A model generated the notes under the pieces. The model was not told the DNA's origin. It was given only the letters and a program-made list of their open reading frames with translations, and made no database searches. 64,000 nt of DNA from Candidatus Paceibacter sp. (lineage in GTDB: Bacteria; Patescibacteriota; Minisyncoccia; UBA6257; 02-FULL-45-10c): assembly GCA_020724845.1 (NCBI GenBank), contig DYGE01000003.1, forward strand, positions 1,377-65,376. The letters run 5' to 3'. Of this stretch, positions 7,952 to 17,518 are shown one piece after another. Each line of letters begins with the position of its first letter. Position 1 is the stretch's first letter. Position numbers and translations under genes: made by a program.

Positions 7952-10447
7952 ATGTCCACCAACAAAGCAAATAAAAAACTTAGTGATAAAGAAATAAACG
8001 CTTCTTTTTCAGAGAATGCTCTGAAGATGATGAGGAAGCGTTTTTTATTAGCCCGAGATGATGGTTCTCAAGAAAAACCAGCAGACATGATGCGACGGGT
8101 TACCGGCGCCTTAGCCGGTGTTGAGCGCGACTACGGAGCCGATGACAGGGCCGTGCATAAGTTTGAAGATGACTTCTTTGAAATAATGGCTAAGAAGGAA
8201 TTTACCCCTGCTGGACGAACAATTACCAACGCGGGCGCTCCAACTGCTTTGGTCGCTAACTGCATCGTCTTGCCAATTTTTGATTCCATGGAGGATATTT
8301 TCCAAACCTTGAAAGATGCCGCCTTGCTTCAGCAGGCCGGATCGGGTTTGGGTTTTGCTTTTTCTCATTTGCGGCCGGCCGGCGCCCCTACCAAGAGGTC
8401 GCGCGGGATTTCTTCAGGTCCGATTTCTTTCTTAGAGGTCTATAACCGGGCTTTTGGCGTCATCAAACAGCAAGGGAGGCATGGAGCCAATATGGCGATT
8501 ATGCGAGTGGATCATCCGGATATTTTGGATTTTATAAACTGCAAAAAGATCGAAGGAAAAATTCGCAATTTTAATATATCCGTCGGCCTTACAGATGAAT
8601 TTATGGAAGCAGTTCAGAACCGTCCAGATGAATTATGGATGGCTACCTTCAAGGGCGAGAAGATGAAGCCGAGAAAAGTCTTGCGGGCGAAGAACGGAAC
8701 AGTAACTGGATACGAAGAATTAGACATTACTGCCAAAGAGCTCTTTGACGAACTGGTGGAGGGCGCCTGGACGAATGGCGAGCCGGGAGTGGTGTTCCTG
8801 GATACCGTTAACAAAACCAATCCCTTGCCTAAGTTGGGAGAGATTGATGCCTGCAACCCCTGCGGAGAGCAGTTTTTGCACCACTATGATGTCTGCAATC
8901 TTGGTTCTATCAACCTTGCCGCTTTTGTCAGGCCGAATGTTTCTTCTTCCGCTAAGCCGAACGAGATGATCGACTGGAATCGCCTGCGTTTTGTGACTAA
9001 AACCGCTATACGCATGCTGGATAATGTGATTGACCGTTCTAAGTTCCCAGTTTCTAAAGTCACCGAAATGATGAAGAAGAACCGCCGGATTGGCCTGGGT
9101 ATAATGGGTTTTGCCGATCTGCTTTATCAATTGCGAGTGAAATATAACTCGCCGGAAGGTTTTGCTTTAGCGGAAAAACTGATGAAGTTCATACAAAAAG
9201 CCAGTGAGGAAATGTCTGAAGAATTAGCCCGCCAAAAAGGAGTTTTTGGCAATTACGATTTGAGCGTGTTTAAGGAAAAAGGCATCAAGCGGCGCAATAC
9301 CGCGCTTACTACCGTTGCCCCGACCGGCTCAATCTCTATGATGCTGGATACCTCCAGCGGCATTGAGCCGAATTTCGCGCTTCTCTACACTAAGCAAGAT
9401 AAAGATGGCCACCAATACCGATATTTGAATCAGTACTTCCAGAAGGCTCTGGAAGAGCACGGTATAGATCTGGAGAAGGTAAAAGACGAATTGGTCAGAA
9501 CCGGCAGCGTTCAGAAGCTGGACTGGCTGCCGAAAGAGTTGCGGGATACTTTTGTCGTTTCTATGGATATGTCAGCCGACGATCATATCGGCATTCAGGC
9601 GGCTTTTCAAAAACACGTGGATAATTCTATTTCCAAAACTATTAATTTTCCGAATAGCGCCACCAGAGAAGAAGTTGCTAAGGGATATATTATGGCCTGG
9701 AAGAAGGGCTGCAAGGGATGTACGGTTTATCGGGAAGGCAGTCGAACAGTCCAAATTCTCAATTTAGGCACTGGCGAGAACATTACTTCCCCGACGGATT
9801 TTCAGGAGGGATCGGAGAATGATAAGAAAGCTAACCGGCAGCCGCCTAAAGAGGCGATTGACCAGAGGGTTATGGATTTACCGAAATACTCTCCGAAGCC
9901 AAGGCCGGAAGTTCTGACCGGCCAGACCTATAAAATAAAAACTGGTTATGGCAATTTGTACGTGACGGTTAATAATGATGAAAATGGCCAGCCGTTTGAG
10001 GTTTTCGCCACTATTGGCAAGAGCGGCGGATTTTTCCAAGAGCAAAGCGAAGGAATCTGCCGGCTTATCTCTCTGGCGCTTCGTTCGGATGTCGGCGCGG
10101 AGGATATTATCAGAAACTTAAAGGGCATTCGCGGCCCGATGCCGACGCTTACGAACAAGGGAACAGTACTGTCCTTGCCGGACGCCATTGGCCAAATTCT
10201 GGAAGAGCATTTGAGTTATGTTTCCGGAGAAACTCCGAAACTGGAAGAAAAATCCGCTGAAACATTGTCCGAGCATATGAATAAGGCGGAACCGGTTTTT
10301 GTTAAATCAGATTCCCTAAGGAAAGAGCCGAAGAAATCTATGGCTGATTTTGGCGTGATGCCCGGCTGCCCTGATTGCGGTAATATGCTGGAAATGAGCG
10401 AGGGCTGCATGTCCTGTAAGGCATGCGGGTTTTCTAGGTGTATATAA
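7952..10447 (+). CDS. nrdJ: Class II (adenosylcobalamin-dependent) ribonucleotide reductase with a C-terminal zinc ribbon
   Basis: 831 aa. NCIVLP, CNLGSINL, TVAPTGSIS and GCKGCTVYR boxes typical of NrdJ. C-terminal CPDCG...CMSCKACG. Confidence 0.85.
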   Translation: MSTNKANKKLSDKEINASFSENALKMMRKRFLLARDDGSQEKPADMMRRVTGALAGVERDYGADDRAVHKFEDDFFEIMAKKEFTPAGRTITNAGAPTALVANCIVLPIFDSMEDIFQTLKDAALLQQAGSGLGFAFSHLRPAGAPTKRSRGISSGPISFLEVYNRAFGVIKQQGRHGANMAIMRVDHPDILDFINCKKIEGKIRNFNISVGLTDEFMEAVQNRPDELWMATFKGEKMKPRKVLRAKNGTVTGYEELDITAKELFDELVEGAWTNGEPGVVFLDTVNKTNPLPKLGEIDACNPCGEQFLHHYDVCNLGSINLAAFVRPNVSSSAKPNEMIDWNRLRFVTKTAIRMLDNVIDRSKFPVSKVTEMMKKNRRIGLGIMGFADLLYQLRVKYNSPEGFALAEKLMKFIQKASEEMSEELARQKGVFGNYDLSVFKEKGIKRRNTALTTVAPTGSISMMLDTSSGIEPNFALLYTKQDKDGHQYRYLNQYFQKALEEHGIDLEKVKDELVRTGSVQKLDWLPKELRDTFVVSMDMSADDHIGIQAAFQKHVDNSISKTINFPNSATREEVAKGYIMAWKKGCKGCTVYREGSRTVQILNLGTGENITSPTDFQEGSENDKKANRQPPKEAIDQRVMDLPKYSPKPRPEVLTGQTYKIKTGYGNLYVTVNNDENGQPFEVFATIGKSGGFFQEQSEGICRLISLALRSDVGAEDIIRNLKGIRGPMPTLTNKGTVLSLPDAIGQILEEHLSYVSGETPKLEEKSAETLSEHMNKAEPVFVKSDSLRKEPKKSMADFGVMPGCPDCGNMLEMSEGCMSCKACGFSRCI

Positions 10448-10552
10448 GATTTAACGGCTCGCTGCTGGCGAACAGTTTATTAATCTTGACTTCGGCCATT
10501 TATTGGTCTACTTTATATATAGTTCAAAGTTGAACCGATTGAGGCAAGAGGG

Positions 10553-11065
10553 ATGACTATTGATCCGAATGAGCTTAGGCGGTTGGCGGAAGAGGCTAAT
10601 CAGAAGAAAGCTGATGCTGTTAAGCAGAAAGCGCTTGAGAGGATAGAGGCCGAGGCGCAGGCGATTATCGCTGAATTGCCGGGAACGCTGAAAGCCGCGG
10701 CAGAGAAGGGACATCTTAGTTTTAATTATTGCCCGATAGTGGATGCTGAAGTTGCAAAGAAGGTGATTGAGTATTGCAAGAGCCAAGGATTGAAAGTTTT
10801 TGGGGATCCAGGTGATGGGATGATTGATATCAGTTGGGAGGCAGAAGTAAAACCGACATCGGTGCCTTACAAATATGGCGAAAAGTTTGACAATAAATCT
10901 GGCAAGAATTATGAGCTTTGCCCGGAGCCTGGTTGCGGCAAGTCAGCCAAGAGTTGGTGTCGCTGTATGCGCAGCGACAGCACCTGCGTGGACGGCCATT
11001 CCTGGCATATTGATAATGAGGGGCTAGTTCGGCCCGGGGACAGCCATTCTAAAAAGAACCGCTGA
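10553..11065 (+). CDS. Hypothetical protein with a Cys/His-rich C-terminal metal-binding region
   Basis: Long ORF with an RBS-like gagg upstream. The C-terminus reads CPEPGCGK..CRCMRSDSTCVDGHSWH. Confidence 0.45.
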   Translation: MTIDPNELRRLAEEANQKKADAVKQKALERIEAEAQAIIAELPGTLKAAAEKGHLSFNYCPIVDAEVAKKVIEYCKSQGLKVFGDPGDGMIDISWEAEVKPTSVPYKYGEKFDNKSGKNYELCPEPGCGKSAKSWCRCMRSDSTCVDGHSWHIDNEGLVRPGDSHSKKNR

Positions 11066-11143
11066 AGAAGCGGTTTTTTCTTTGACAATTTTGCAATTTT
11101 CGCTTATTATCTAATCAGCTCTCGTTCGATAAGCGAACAGGTA

Positions 11144-11332
11144 ATGGCTAAGAAAAGAAAGAGTAAGCACGTGGGAGATCCCAAGTGCGAGTCGCATTTT
11201 GGACAAATGTATGCCGCTGTGATGGGAAGCTGCAAGGGCTGCGGTAATCCGACTGCCAGCAGTGCCTTTCAACTCTGCAGCGTCTGCGCCAAGAAACGGG
11301 GCAAATGCCAGGTCTGCCTGAAGAAGCTTTAA
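11144..11332 (+). CDS. Small basic Cys-rich (zinc-ribbon-like) protein
   Basis: 62 aa: CKGCGN...CSVCAKKRGKCQVC. Followed by a terminator hairpin. Confidence 0.4.
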   Translation: MAKKRKSKHVGDPKCESHFGQMYAAVMGSCKGCGNPTASSAFQLCSVCAKKRGKCQVCLKKL

Positions 11333-11337
11333 AAGAA

Positions 11338-11365
11338 AAAACCGCGGTTTAACCGCGGTATTTTA
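11338..11365. terminator. Bidirectional hairpin terminator (CCGCGG-TTTAA-CCGCGG) between convergent genes
   Basis: AAAACCGCGGTTTAACCGCGGTATTTT. Confidence 0.5.
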
Positions 11366-11387
11366 ATTGCCTTGCCTATTTTTTTAT

Positions 11388-12170
11388 TTAACTGCTTCTA
11401 CTCAAAGCATTCCAAATTAAGGTAATAAGGAAAATGGCGCTGGCGATAATAATGATCGCCGGTCCCAGTTGGAAGGAGAATAAATTAGATACGGCTATTC
11501 CCGAAAGAACGGAGAAGAGAGATATGCCGGAAGAAATAACAAGCATGCTATTCAGATTTCTGGCGATATTACGGGCGGCAGATGCCGGGATGATGATCAG
11601 CGATCCCATCAAGAGTACTCCAAGGAATTTCATTCCCAGGATGACCGTCAGGGCGAAAGACAGCAAGAAATATAGCTGCAGCCGATCAGTGGAGATTCCG
11701 GCTGTTCTGGCGAGCTCTTTGGAGACCAGCGCTAAAACCAGCGAATGGCGGTTTTTCAGGATAAACCAGATTACAGCCGCAGCAATGATAGATCCGTAAA
11801 TAAATTCATTTGCGGTTACAGTGGCGATGCCGCCGAACAGCACCTCTACTAATTCGTGGGCTTCCTCAAAGGCCAGAGCTCCAACTGCCAAGCTAGCCGC
11901 GAAGAGTACCCCGATGACAGCTTCAGTGTTCAGTTTGGAAATTTTTTCAACTTTCCAAATAATCAGGGTTCCGAAAAGAAGCACTAGTCCGCCACCGAGC
12001 ACTGGATTGTACGAATAAATAAGCGCCAGCCCGATTCCCGGCAAAGCGACGTGCGACAGCGCGTCTCCTGCTAGAGTCATCCGGCGCATCAGAGCGAAGG
12101 ATCCGACAATGCCGGAAGCGACAGCGGTAAGGCCGGCCAGTATTAAACTAAGCATTTCTATGTTTATCAT
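11388..12170 (-). CDS. znuB: Zn/Mn ABC transporter permease
   Basis: Multi-TM protein. RRMTLAGDALSHVALPGIGLA is typical of the ZnuB/MntB family. It overlaps the znuC stop. Confidence 0.8.
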   Translation of the reverse strand: MINIEMLSLILAGLTAVASGIVGSFALMRRMTLAGDALSHVALPGIGLALIYSYNPVLGGGLVLLFGTLIIWKVEKISKLNTEAVIGVLFAASLAVGALAFEEAHELVEVLFGGIATVTANEFIYGSIIAAAVIWFILKNRHSLVLALVSKELARTAGISTDRLQLYFLLSFALTVILGMKFLGVLLMGSLIIIPASAARNIARNLNSMLVISSGISLFSVLSGIAVSNLFSFQLGPAIIIIASAIFLITLIWNALSRSS

Positions 12171-12876
12171 GGTGGTTATGGGTAAAGAACTTGTGGTGTT
12201 CGTCGCCGTAGAGGTCGGTTAGGATATCCGGTTTCAGCACATCCTTTGGAACGCCCAGGCAAACTTGGTTCTTATTCAGGCAGAGCACTCTATCAGAATG
12301 CCGGTAGACATTGCTTAGATCGTGGGAAATGGTGATGATGGTCAGTTTGTGTTCATGCTTAAGCTTGTGCAGGGTGTCATGGATTTGCTGTTCGGTTGGT
12401 TCGTCAATTCCGGCGGTCGGTTCGTCAAAGAGGAGCACGTTTGTTCCTCCGATCAGGGCGAACGCCACTAGCGCCCGTTGAAATTCTCCTCCGGACAAAG
12501 TTCCGAGCGAATTGCCCAATAGAGAGGGCGAGAGATTTACTAAATCTAAGTATTTTTCCAGCTCTTCTTTATTCATTTTTCCGGTTTTGGAATGCAAGAA
12601 ATCGCGAAGCGAGAGCGGAACATTCCTTTCCAAATCCAGTTTTTGCGGCACATAACCTATGACCGAAGTAGGCGCCCAAGAGATCTCTCCACTATATGGC
12701 AGAACTCCTATTAAGGCTCTAAAGAGTGTGGTCTTGCCGGAGCCGTTCGGCCCGATGATCATGAAATGCTCGCCTCGGCTTATGTTAAAGCTAAGGTTAT
12801 CGATAACCGTTTCTTCCCCGAGCTTCACCGTCAGGTTTTTAACCGTGAGAATTTTTTGCGCTGTTTCTTTTTCCAT
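12148..12876 (-). CDS. znuC: Zn/Mn ABC transporter ATP-binding protein
   Basis: GPNGSGKTT Walker A, LSGGEFQRA signature, LLFDEPTAGID Walker B, His-rich C-terminal tail HNHHDKH. Confidence 0.85.
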   Translation of the reverse strand: MEKETAQKILTVKNLTVKLGEETVIDNLSFNISRGEHFMIIGPNGSGKTTLFRALIGVLPYSGEISWAPTSVIGYVPQKLDLERNVPLSLRDFLHSKTGKMNKEELEKYLDLVNLSPSLLGNSLGTLSGGEFQRALVAFALIGGTNVLLFDEPTAGIDEPTEQQIHDTLHKLKHEHKLTIITISHDLSNVYRHSDRVLCLNKNQVCLGVPKDVLKPDILTDLYGDEHHKFFTHNHHDKHRNA

Positions 12877-12932
12877 AGTCGACCCCCTTTAGCAAGGGCT
12901 CGTATAATAATATTACCATAATTTCCGGTCGT

Positions 12933-12954
12933 CAAATTATTTGCAAATAATTTG
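12933..12954. promoter_or_regulatory. Perfect 22-bp palindrome CAAATTATTTGCAAATAATTTG in the divergent znuC/zur spacer. Candidate Zur (Fur-family) operator.
   Basis: Direct reading: CAAATTATTTG is the exact reverse complement of CAAATAATTTG. AT-rich, like known Fur/Zur boxes. Confidence 0.5.
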
Positions 12955-12976
12955 CATTTAGTTTAGCGTAGCAGAT

Positions 12977-13420
12977 ATGGGTAAAGTAGGCAATAAGGGT
13001 CAAATTAAAGAGAGACTGCGAACCTGGGGCTACAAAGCTACGTCGGCACGTCTTTCTATTTTGGGCGTTTTAGAGAAGTCCCCTTCGCCTCTTAGCGCCC
13101 AAGCGATTATTGATAGGATGAAGGGCGAAGTTGATCCGGCAACCGTGTATCGTAATATTAAGGCGCTTAGAGACAAGGGGGTTATCCGCCCGATTGATTT
13201 TCGCCACAACCACGCTCATTATGAACTGGAGACCGATCGAGAGAAGAAACGTCATCATCATCACCTGATCTGCACTAAATGCGGCGCCAGCGAGGACATT
13301 TCTTACTGCGACGTGGAGTTATTAGAAGAAATGGTTATTAGAAAATCAAAATCATTCAGCGCGATTAATCAGCATTCTCTTGAATTCTATGGTATTTGCG
13401 ATAAATGCTCTAAAAAATAA
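12977..13420 (+). CDS. zur: Fur-family metalloregulator, probably Zur
   Basis: RLSILGVL..S.QAI..VYRNIKAL DNA-binding helix, HHHHLICTKCG and CDKC metal sites. Divergent from znuCB. Confidence 0.8.
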   Translation: MGKVGNKGQIKERLRTWGYKATSARLSILGVLEKSPSPLSAQAIIDRMKGEVDPATVYRNIKALRDKGVIRPIDFRHNHAHYELETDREKKRHHHHLICTKCGASEDISYCDVELLEEMVIRKSKSFSAINQHSLEFYGICDKCSKK

Positions 13421-14495
13421 AAAAGCCGCTGTTTGGGCCGGAGTCATTCTCGCTGCGCTTTTCTTTGGTGCCGCTTTTGCCCAGCAGACCTATGAACCGC
13501 TGCCGCCGGAGGCGTTTCCGCCGGACCAATTTTATAAAGCCGAGGCCTTAGAGCTTTTTGATGATAAAGTTCGCTTGCAGATATTAAGTGGCGTGGAGCA
13601 GGGCAGGGAAATGGTCTTGGAAAACAACAGTTTATTTTACAATCTTGAAGAACAAAAGATAAAACAAGGAGAGGTGTTGGTGCTCATAAAAAATCAGGTT
13701 CTGGACGAGGTTAACTATTATATTGCCGACAAGTATCGGCTTCCGGCGATTATGGTTATTTTTATATTGTTTTTTGGCCTGACCGCGCTGACTGCTGGGT
13801 CGAGGGGATTGACTTCATTTCTGGGGCTGGTTTTCAGCATAGCTATCTTAGCGGTTTTTGTGGTTCCTAAGATATTGGCCGGCTATAATCCCTTATTCAT
13901 TTCTCTAGTCGGTTCAGTGGCTATTGTGTTGATATCGCTTTATCTTGCCCATGGATTTAATAAACGGACCTCTATTGCTCTTTTGAGCACTCTGCTGACG
14001 TTGGGCGTAGCCGCGGTTTTGGCTGTTGCGTTCGTTTACTTTTCGAAATTATTCGGCACTGGGAGTGAAGAAGCTTTTTATCTGCAAATTTCTTCAGTGG
14101 AAAATCTCAATCTCCGCGGGCTTCTTCTGGGGGCGATTATTATCGGCGCTCTAGGGGTGCTGGATGATGTGACCACCAGCCAGACCGCCGTAGTGGAAGA
14201 AATTAAAAAGGCTAACCGAACTCTTCCTTTCGGCGAGCTTTATAAGAGAGGATTAAATGTCGGCAGGGAACATATTACCGCTTTAGTAAACACGTTGGCG
14301 CTCGCCTATGCCGGAGCGTCTTTGCCGTTGTTTCTTTTATTTTCCATAAACGAGAGCCGGCGTCCTCTGTGGGTTATTCTCAATGATCAGATCGTGGCGG
14401 AGGAGATTATTCGCACTCTGGTCGGCAGTACCGCCCTTCTATTCGCGATTCCCATCACCACATTTTTAGCCGCTTATTTTTATAGTAGGGAATAA
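13380..14495 (+). CDS. YibE/F-family integral membrane protein. The start is uncertain and the ORF overlaps the zur 3' end.
   Basis: Multiple TM helices. GVLDDVTTSQTAVVEEI motif and overall architecture resemble YibE/F. Confidence 0.5.
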   Translation: MNSMVFAINALKNKKAAVWAGVILAALFFGAAFAQQTYEPLPPEAFPPDQFYKAEALELFDDKVRLQILSGVEQGREMVLENNSLFYNLEEQKIKQGEVLVLIKNQVLDEVNYYIADKYRLPAIMVIFILFFGLTALTAGSRGLTSFLGLVFSIAILAVFVVPKILAGYNPLFISLVGSVAIVLISLYLAHGFNKRTSIALLSTLLTLGVAAVLAVAFVYFSKLFGTGSEEAFYLQISSVENLNLRGLLLGAIIIGALGVLDDVTTSQTAVVEEIKKANRTLPFGELYKRGLNVGREHITALVNTLALAYAGASLPLFLLFSINESRRPLWVILNDQIVAEEIIRTLVGSTALLFAIPITTFLAAYFYSRE

Positions 14496-14530
14496 ATATG
14501 CTATCATAAACATAACTTCCAGAAAAAAGT

Positions 14531-15163
14531 ATGAAGAAATTTTCACTGCCAAAACTCCCATACGAGCTTGGCGCGCTGGCGCCGCACCTCTCTAAAGAAA
14601 CTTTGGAATACCACTACGGCAAGCACCATGCCGCTTACGTCAATAAGCTGAACGGCATGATTGAGGGCAAGGATTACGTTAATATGCCGATTGAAGAGAT
14701 TATTCAGCGCGCTGATGATAAAAGCCTTTTCAACAATGCCGCGCAAGCTTACAACCATACGCTTTATTGGTATTGTATGAAGCCAAATGGCGGAAACGAA
14801 GACTCAAAACCGACCAACCAGATTGAATCGGCTATTACCGAGGCCTTCGGGTCAATGGTGAATTTTAAGGAAGAATTCACTAAGACTGGCCTTACTCATT
14901 TTGGCAGCGGCTGGGCTTGGCTGCTTAAGAGTAAAGAAGGTAGGCTGGAAATCAAAGGCATGCACGATGCCGACACTCCGATCAAAGATGGTAACACTCC
15001 GCTCTTGGCGTTAGATGTCTGGGAACACGCCTATTATATTGATTACCGCAACGCGCGAGCCGATTACATCACCGCTTTCTGGAAACTAGTTAACTGGGAA
15101 TTCGCCGAGAAGCAATTGCTAGCTGATCAGAGTGAACCATTGATGCTGGTTAGCGAACAATAA
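14531..15163 (+). CDS. sod: Fe/Mn superoxide dismutase
   Basis: LPKLPYELGALAPHLSKETLEYHYGKHH, and DVWEHAYYIDYRN at the C-terminus. Confidence 0.9.
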   Translation: MKKFSLPKLPYELGALAPHLSKETLEYHYGKHHAAYVNKLNGMIEGKDYVNMPIEEIIQRADDKSLFNNAAQAYNHTLYWYCMKPNGGNEDSKPTNQIESAITEAFGSMVNFKEEFTKTGLTHFGSGWAWLLKSKEGRLEIKGMHDADTPIKDGNTPLLALDVWEHAYYIDYRNARADYITAFWKLVNWEFAEKQLLADQSEPLMLVSEQ

Positions 15164-15193
15164 AAAAGGGACTACTGAAGTAGTCCTTTTTAA
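15164..15193. terminator. Bidirectional terminator hairpin between sod and the convergent exonuclease gene
   Basis: AAAAAGGGACTACTGAAGTAGTCCTTTTTAA. Confidence 0.55.
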
Positions 15194-15856
15194 TTACCAT
15201 CCCAACTTTTCGTACAGAAGAACTCTCGCAACTTGAGCTAGCAGTACCGCGTCGTGATCGGCTCGGTGCGGTTTTTCTCTGGTATCCGGCACGCCAAGTT
15301 GCTTCAGCTTGGCATTTTTTCTGCCAGTGTAGCCGCGATGCAGGGAATTGAGTTCAATTCCGCCCCAGCCGAATGGCGAGCCGTTGTCGGTATTGGTTCC
15401 GAAACATAGATTGACGTGTCCGCTGTCAAAAAAGGCGGTGTCAATCACTCCTTGAACCCACTTTCCGCCGGTGACGCGGCGCACCCACTCTCTGAATCTT
15501 TCCATCGCCATTCGCGGGTCTTCGCAAACGCTCCGCATCCTTTCCAGAACAAGTTTTGGGTTGAAATTCTGACTGGTCGGATCGTACCTTGAATCGGATT
15601 GCCTGACTTCCTCCAAGCATTCAAGGTGCAGGCAGCCGACCCGCATCGCGTCTATCTCGCATTCCATAGAATGCGGCTTAATTTCCGCGTAAAAGATAAG
15701 TCCTCTTTCCTGATAATCGGCATAATCCAGTTTCTCCCTGGTAACCAGGCAGGCTCCGAGGGAAAGCGTTGGGTGGAACCCGAGCCGCTTGCCGGCTGCT
15801 TCCACGTCATTAGCGATATAGATCACGATATTCCACATCTGATTATTTAGAGCCAA
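15194..15856 (-). CDS. Putative DEDDh-family 3'-5' exonuclease
   Basis: An N-terminal D-V-E (Exo I-like DxE) and a C-terminal H-R-A-D-H-D-A (Exo III HxAxxDA) pattern. Confidence 0.5.
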   Translation of the reverse strand: MALNNQMWNIVIYIANDVEAAGKRLGFHPTLSLGACLVTREKLDYADYQERGLIFYAEIKPHSMECEIDAMRVGCLHLECLEEVRQSDSRYDPTSQNFNPKLVLERMRSVCEDPRMAMERFREWVRRVTGGKWVQGVIDTAFFDSGHVNLCFGTNTDNGSPFGWGGIELNSLHRGYTGRKNAKLKQLGVPDTREKPHRADHDAVLLAQVARVLLYEKLGW

Positions 15857-15924
15857 AGAAAAAATAACACGGCCGAATAAAAAAATAAAGCCCCGTTTGT
15901 CGGTTGACGAACGGGGCTTTTGAG

Positions 15925-16236
15925 TTAGGCCGCCTCGCGAGGCACGAATTCGCAGGGAAGAGTTTGTCGTTCTCCCATGCGCTGGAAGTACGACGGTTTG
16001 GCGGTAAGACGGAGGAAGTTGGTGTAATCGCTAGGGTCGTACCGGTCGTAGTTCAGGTGATGCGTATGGACGTACTCCGGCGCGATTTCCAGCTCCTCCA
16101 TTTTGATCCCGGGCCACTTCTTCTGGGCTTTCTGCCAGAGATCCTCGAAGTCGGTGTGGTCGTTTCCTTGGATGTAGAGCTCGTCCTTGGAGCTCTCGTT
16201 CTTATCCGGCGGCCAGTGCTGCGCGTGTATGCACAT
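15925..16236 (-). CDS. Hypothetical protein
   Basis: ORF only. Followed by a hairpin at 15888-15922. Confidence 0.3.
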   Translation of the reverse strand: MCIHAQHWPPDKNESSKDELYIQGNDHTDFEDLWQKAQKKWPGIKMEELEIAPEYVHTHHLNYDRYDPSDYTNFLRLTAKPSYFQRMGERQTLPCEFVPREAA

Positions 16237-16372
16237 GTTGATTCTCCTGTTTACAGTATTACTTCAACGAGCTTGGCTGTATTATATATCAAAAATTTCC
16301 TCTTGTCAAGCTAAAAATTTTATGTTAATCTCTTGGGAGATACAAAATCCAACCTTGAAAAAGGAAATCGGG

Positions 16373-16978
16373 ATGGAAACGGAAAGGGGTATGGTTCTAC
16401 ACACCGACCAGGAGAAGCTTTTGGCCAAGGTGGCCACGGTCAAAGACGAGCGTCTTCAACGAGAGCTCCAGCAGAGCGAAAAGGATACGGTCGTTAGAAA
16501 GAAGAATGTCTTTTTGCAGCAAAGAAAACAATTTGTTAAATATTTTGCCGAGTGTGCCGATGTCTATCTTGGAATTAAAAAAGAGGATCTTGTTAAATTT
16601 GACGAGAAAGAACTGCGTGATTTAGCCGGTTTCCTTGCGACTCAATCAGTTTCTAGAGCAAAGCTTGAGAAGATGTGGGGCTATATTGGCGGCCCACTTG
16701 TGACGACCTTAATGTTCGGTGCGGCGGTTTTTATACCTGCTACTATACCTTTTGGGTTTATGCCGGGTTTAGCATTTGGGCTTGCATTATCCGGCGGGCT
16801 CGCATCTCTGCTTTCTACTTTTGCGTGTTGCGAGCGTGCAGTTAGCTGGAATTATTGCCATTACCACAAGCTAATGCGCGACCGCTATGGAGAGAATTAT
16901 TTTCCCCATGCTCTGTTGGAGAGTGAGGGCGGAAAGAAAAAGAAAGCTCCTGCGAGCCAACCCGAAGAGAGTGATTAG
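16373..16978 (+). CDS. Hypothetical membrane protein with an N-terminal coiled coil. The start is taken at the METERG methionine preceded by AAGGAAA.
   Basis: ORF with an SD sequence. Gly-rich TM segments near the C-terminus. The track ORF from 16187 is an upstream extension. Confidence 0.45.
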   Translation: METERGMVLHTDQEKLLAKVATVKDERLQRELQQSEKDTVVRKKNVFLQQRKQFVKYFAECADVYLGIKKEDLVKFDEKELRDLAGFLATQSVSRAKLEKMWGYIGGPLVTTLMFGAAVFIPATIPFGFMPGLAFGLALSGGLASLLSTFACCERAVSWNYCHYHKLMRDRYGENYFPHALLESEGGKKKKAPASQPEESD

Positions 16979-17022
16979 ATTTTGCGAAAACCCCTGCCTC
17001 TGGCAGGGGATTTTTATATCGT

Positions 17023-17484
17023 TTATTTGGTAATTTGCTTCCAGAGCCAGACGACTGCTAAAACGCCGACTGTCAGCCAGATGAGCGAGCCGAGCCAGGC
17101 AAACAGCATCCAGAATCCGCCAAATCCTCCGCCCCAGGACATCATATTGTAGCCACCCATCATGCCTTGCGGCCATCTAGAAGCTTGGTCTCCGCCATAG
17201 CGCATGCCGACCAGCCGGCTAGCCATCATCGCCTGCGGTCCGGGATATTGCCGCATCAGTTCAACTAGCCGTTCGGATTCTGCGTCCGTTAAGGTCCCGG
17301 CCATCATATTGACCATCAAGCTCTCCATCTCTTCATGGAGTTCGTCTCCCAGCGCCTGGTCTTCAATAAATCTCATCATTCCGAAATCGGCATCGCCGCT
17401 TGCTTCACCGTGGGCCAGAGCCGCGACCGGAAGGGCGAGAAAAGAAGTTGATAAGAGTGAAATTATAAGTAGAATTTTTTTCAT
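17023..17484 (-). CDS. Secreted, membrane-anchored Met-rich protein. Putative copper-binding protein.
   Basis: Signal peptide, repeated MxxM/MM motifs (MMGGYNMMSWGGGFGG), C-terminal TM helix. Sits next to the Cu-ATPase gene. Confidence 0.5.
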   Translation of the reverse strand: MKKILLIISLLSTSFLALPVAALAHGEASGDADFGMMRFIEDQALGDELHEEMESLMVNMMAGTLTDAESERLVELMRQYPGPQAMMASRLVGMRYGGDQASRWPQGMMGGYNMMSWGGGFGGFWMLFAWLGSLIWLTVGVLAVVWLWKQITK

Positions 17485-17518
17485 ATTTTGTATTTTAGGT
17501 TTATTAATTCCGACCTTT

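Noticed and set aside
7952-10447. Class II RNR as an unusual finding
   Set aside because: Adenosylcobalamin-dependent NrdJ with a C-terminal zinc ribbon is common in small-genome bacteria. It is annotated as a feature but not considered novel.
13380-13420. 40-nt overlap between zur and the YibE/F ORF as evidence of a frameshift or pseudogene
   Set aside because: Both reading frames are intact with recognisable family motifs. The downstream gene probably uses a later start codon. Short overlaps are common in this genome.
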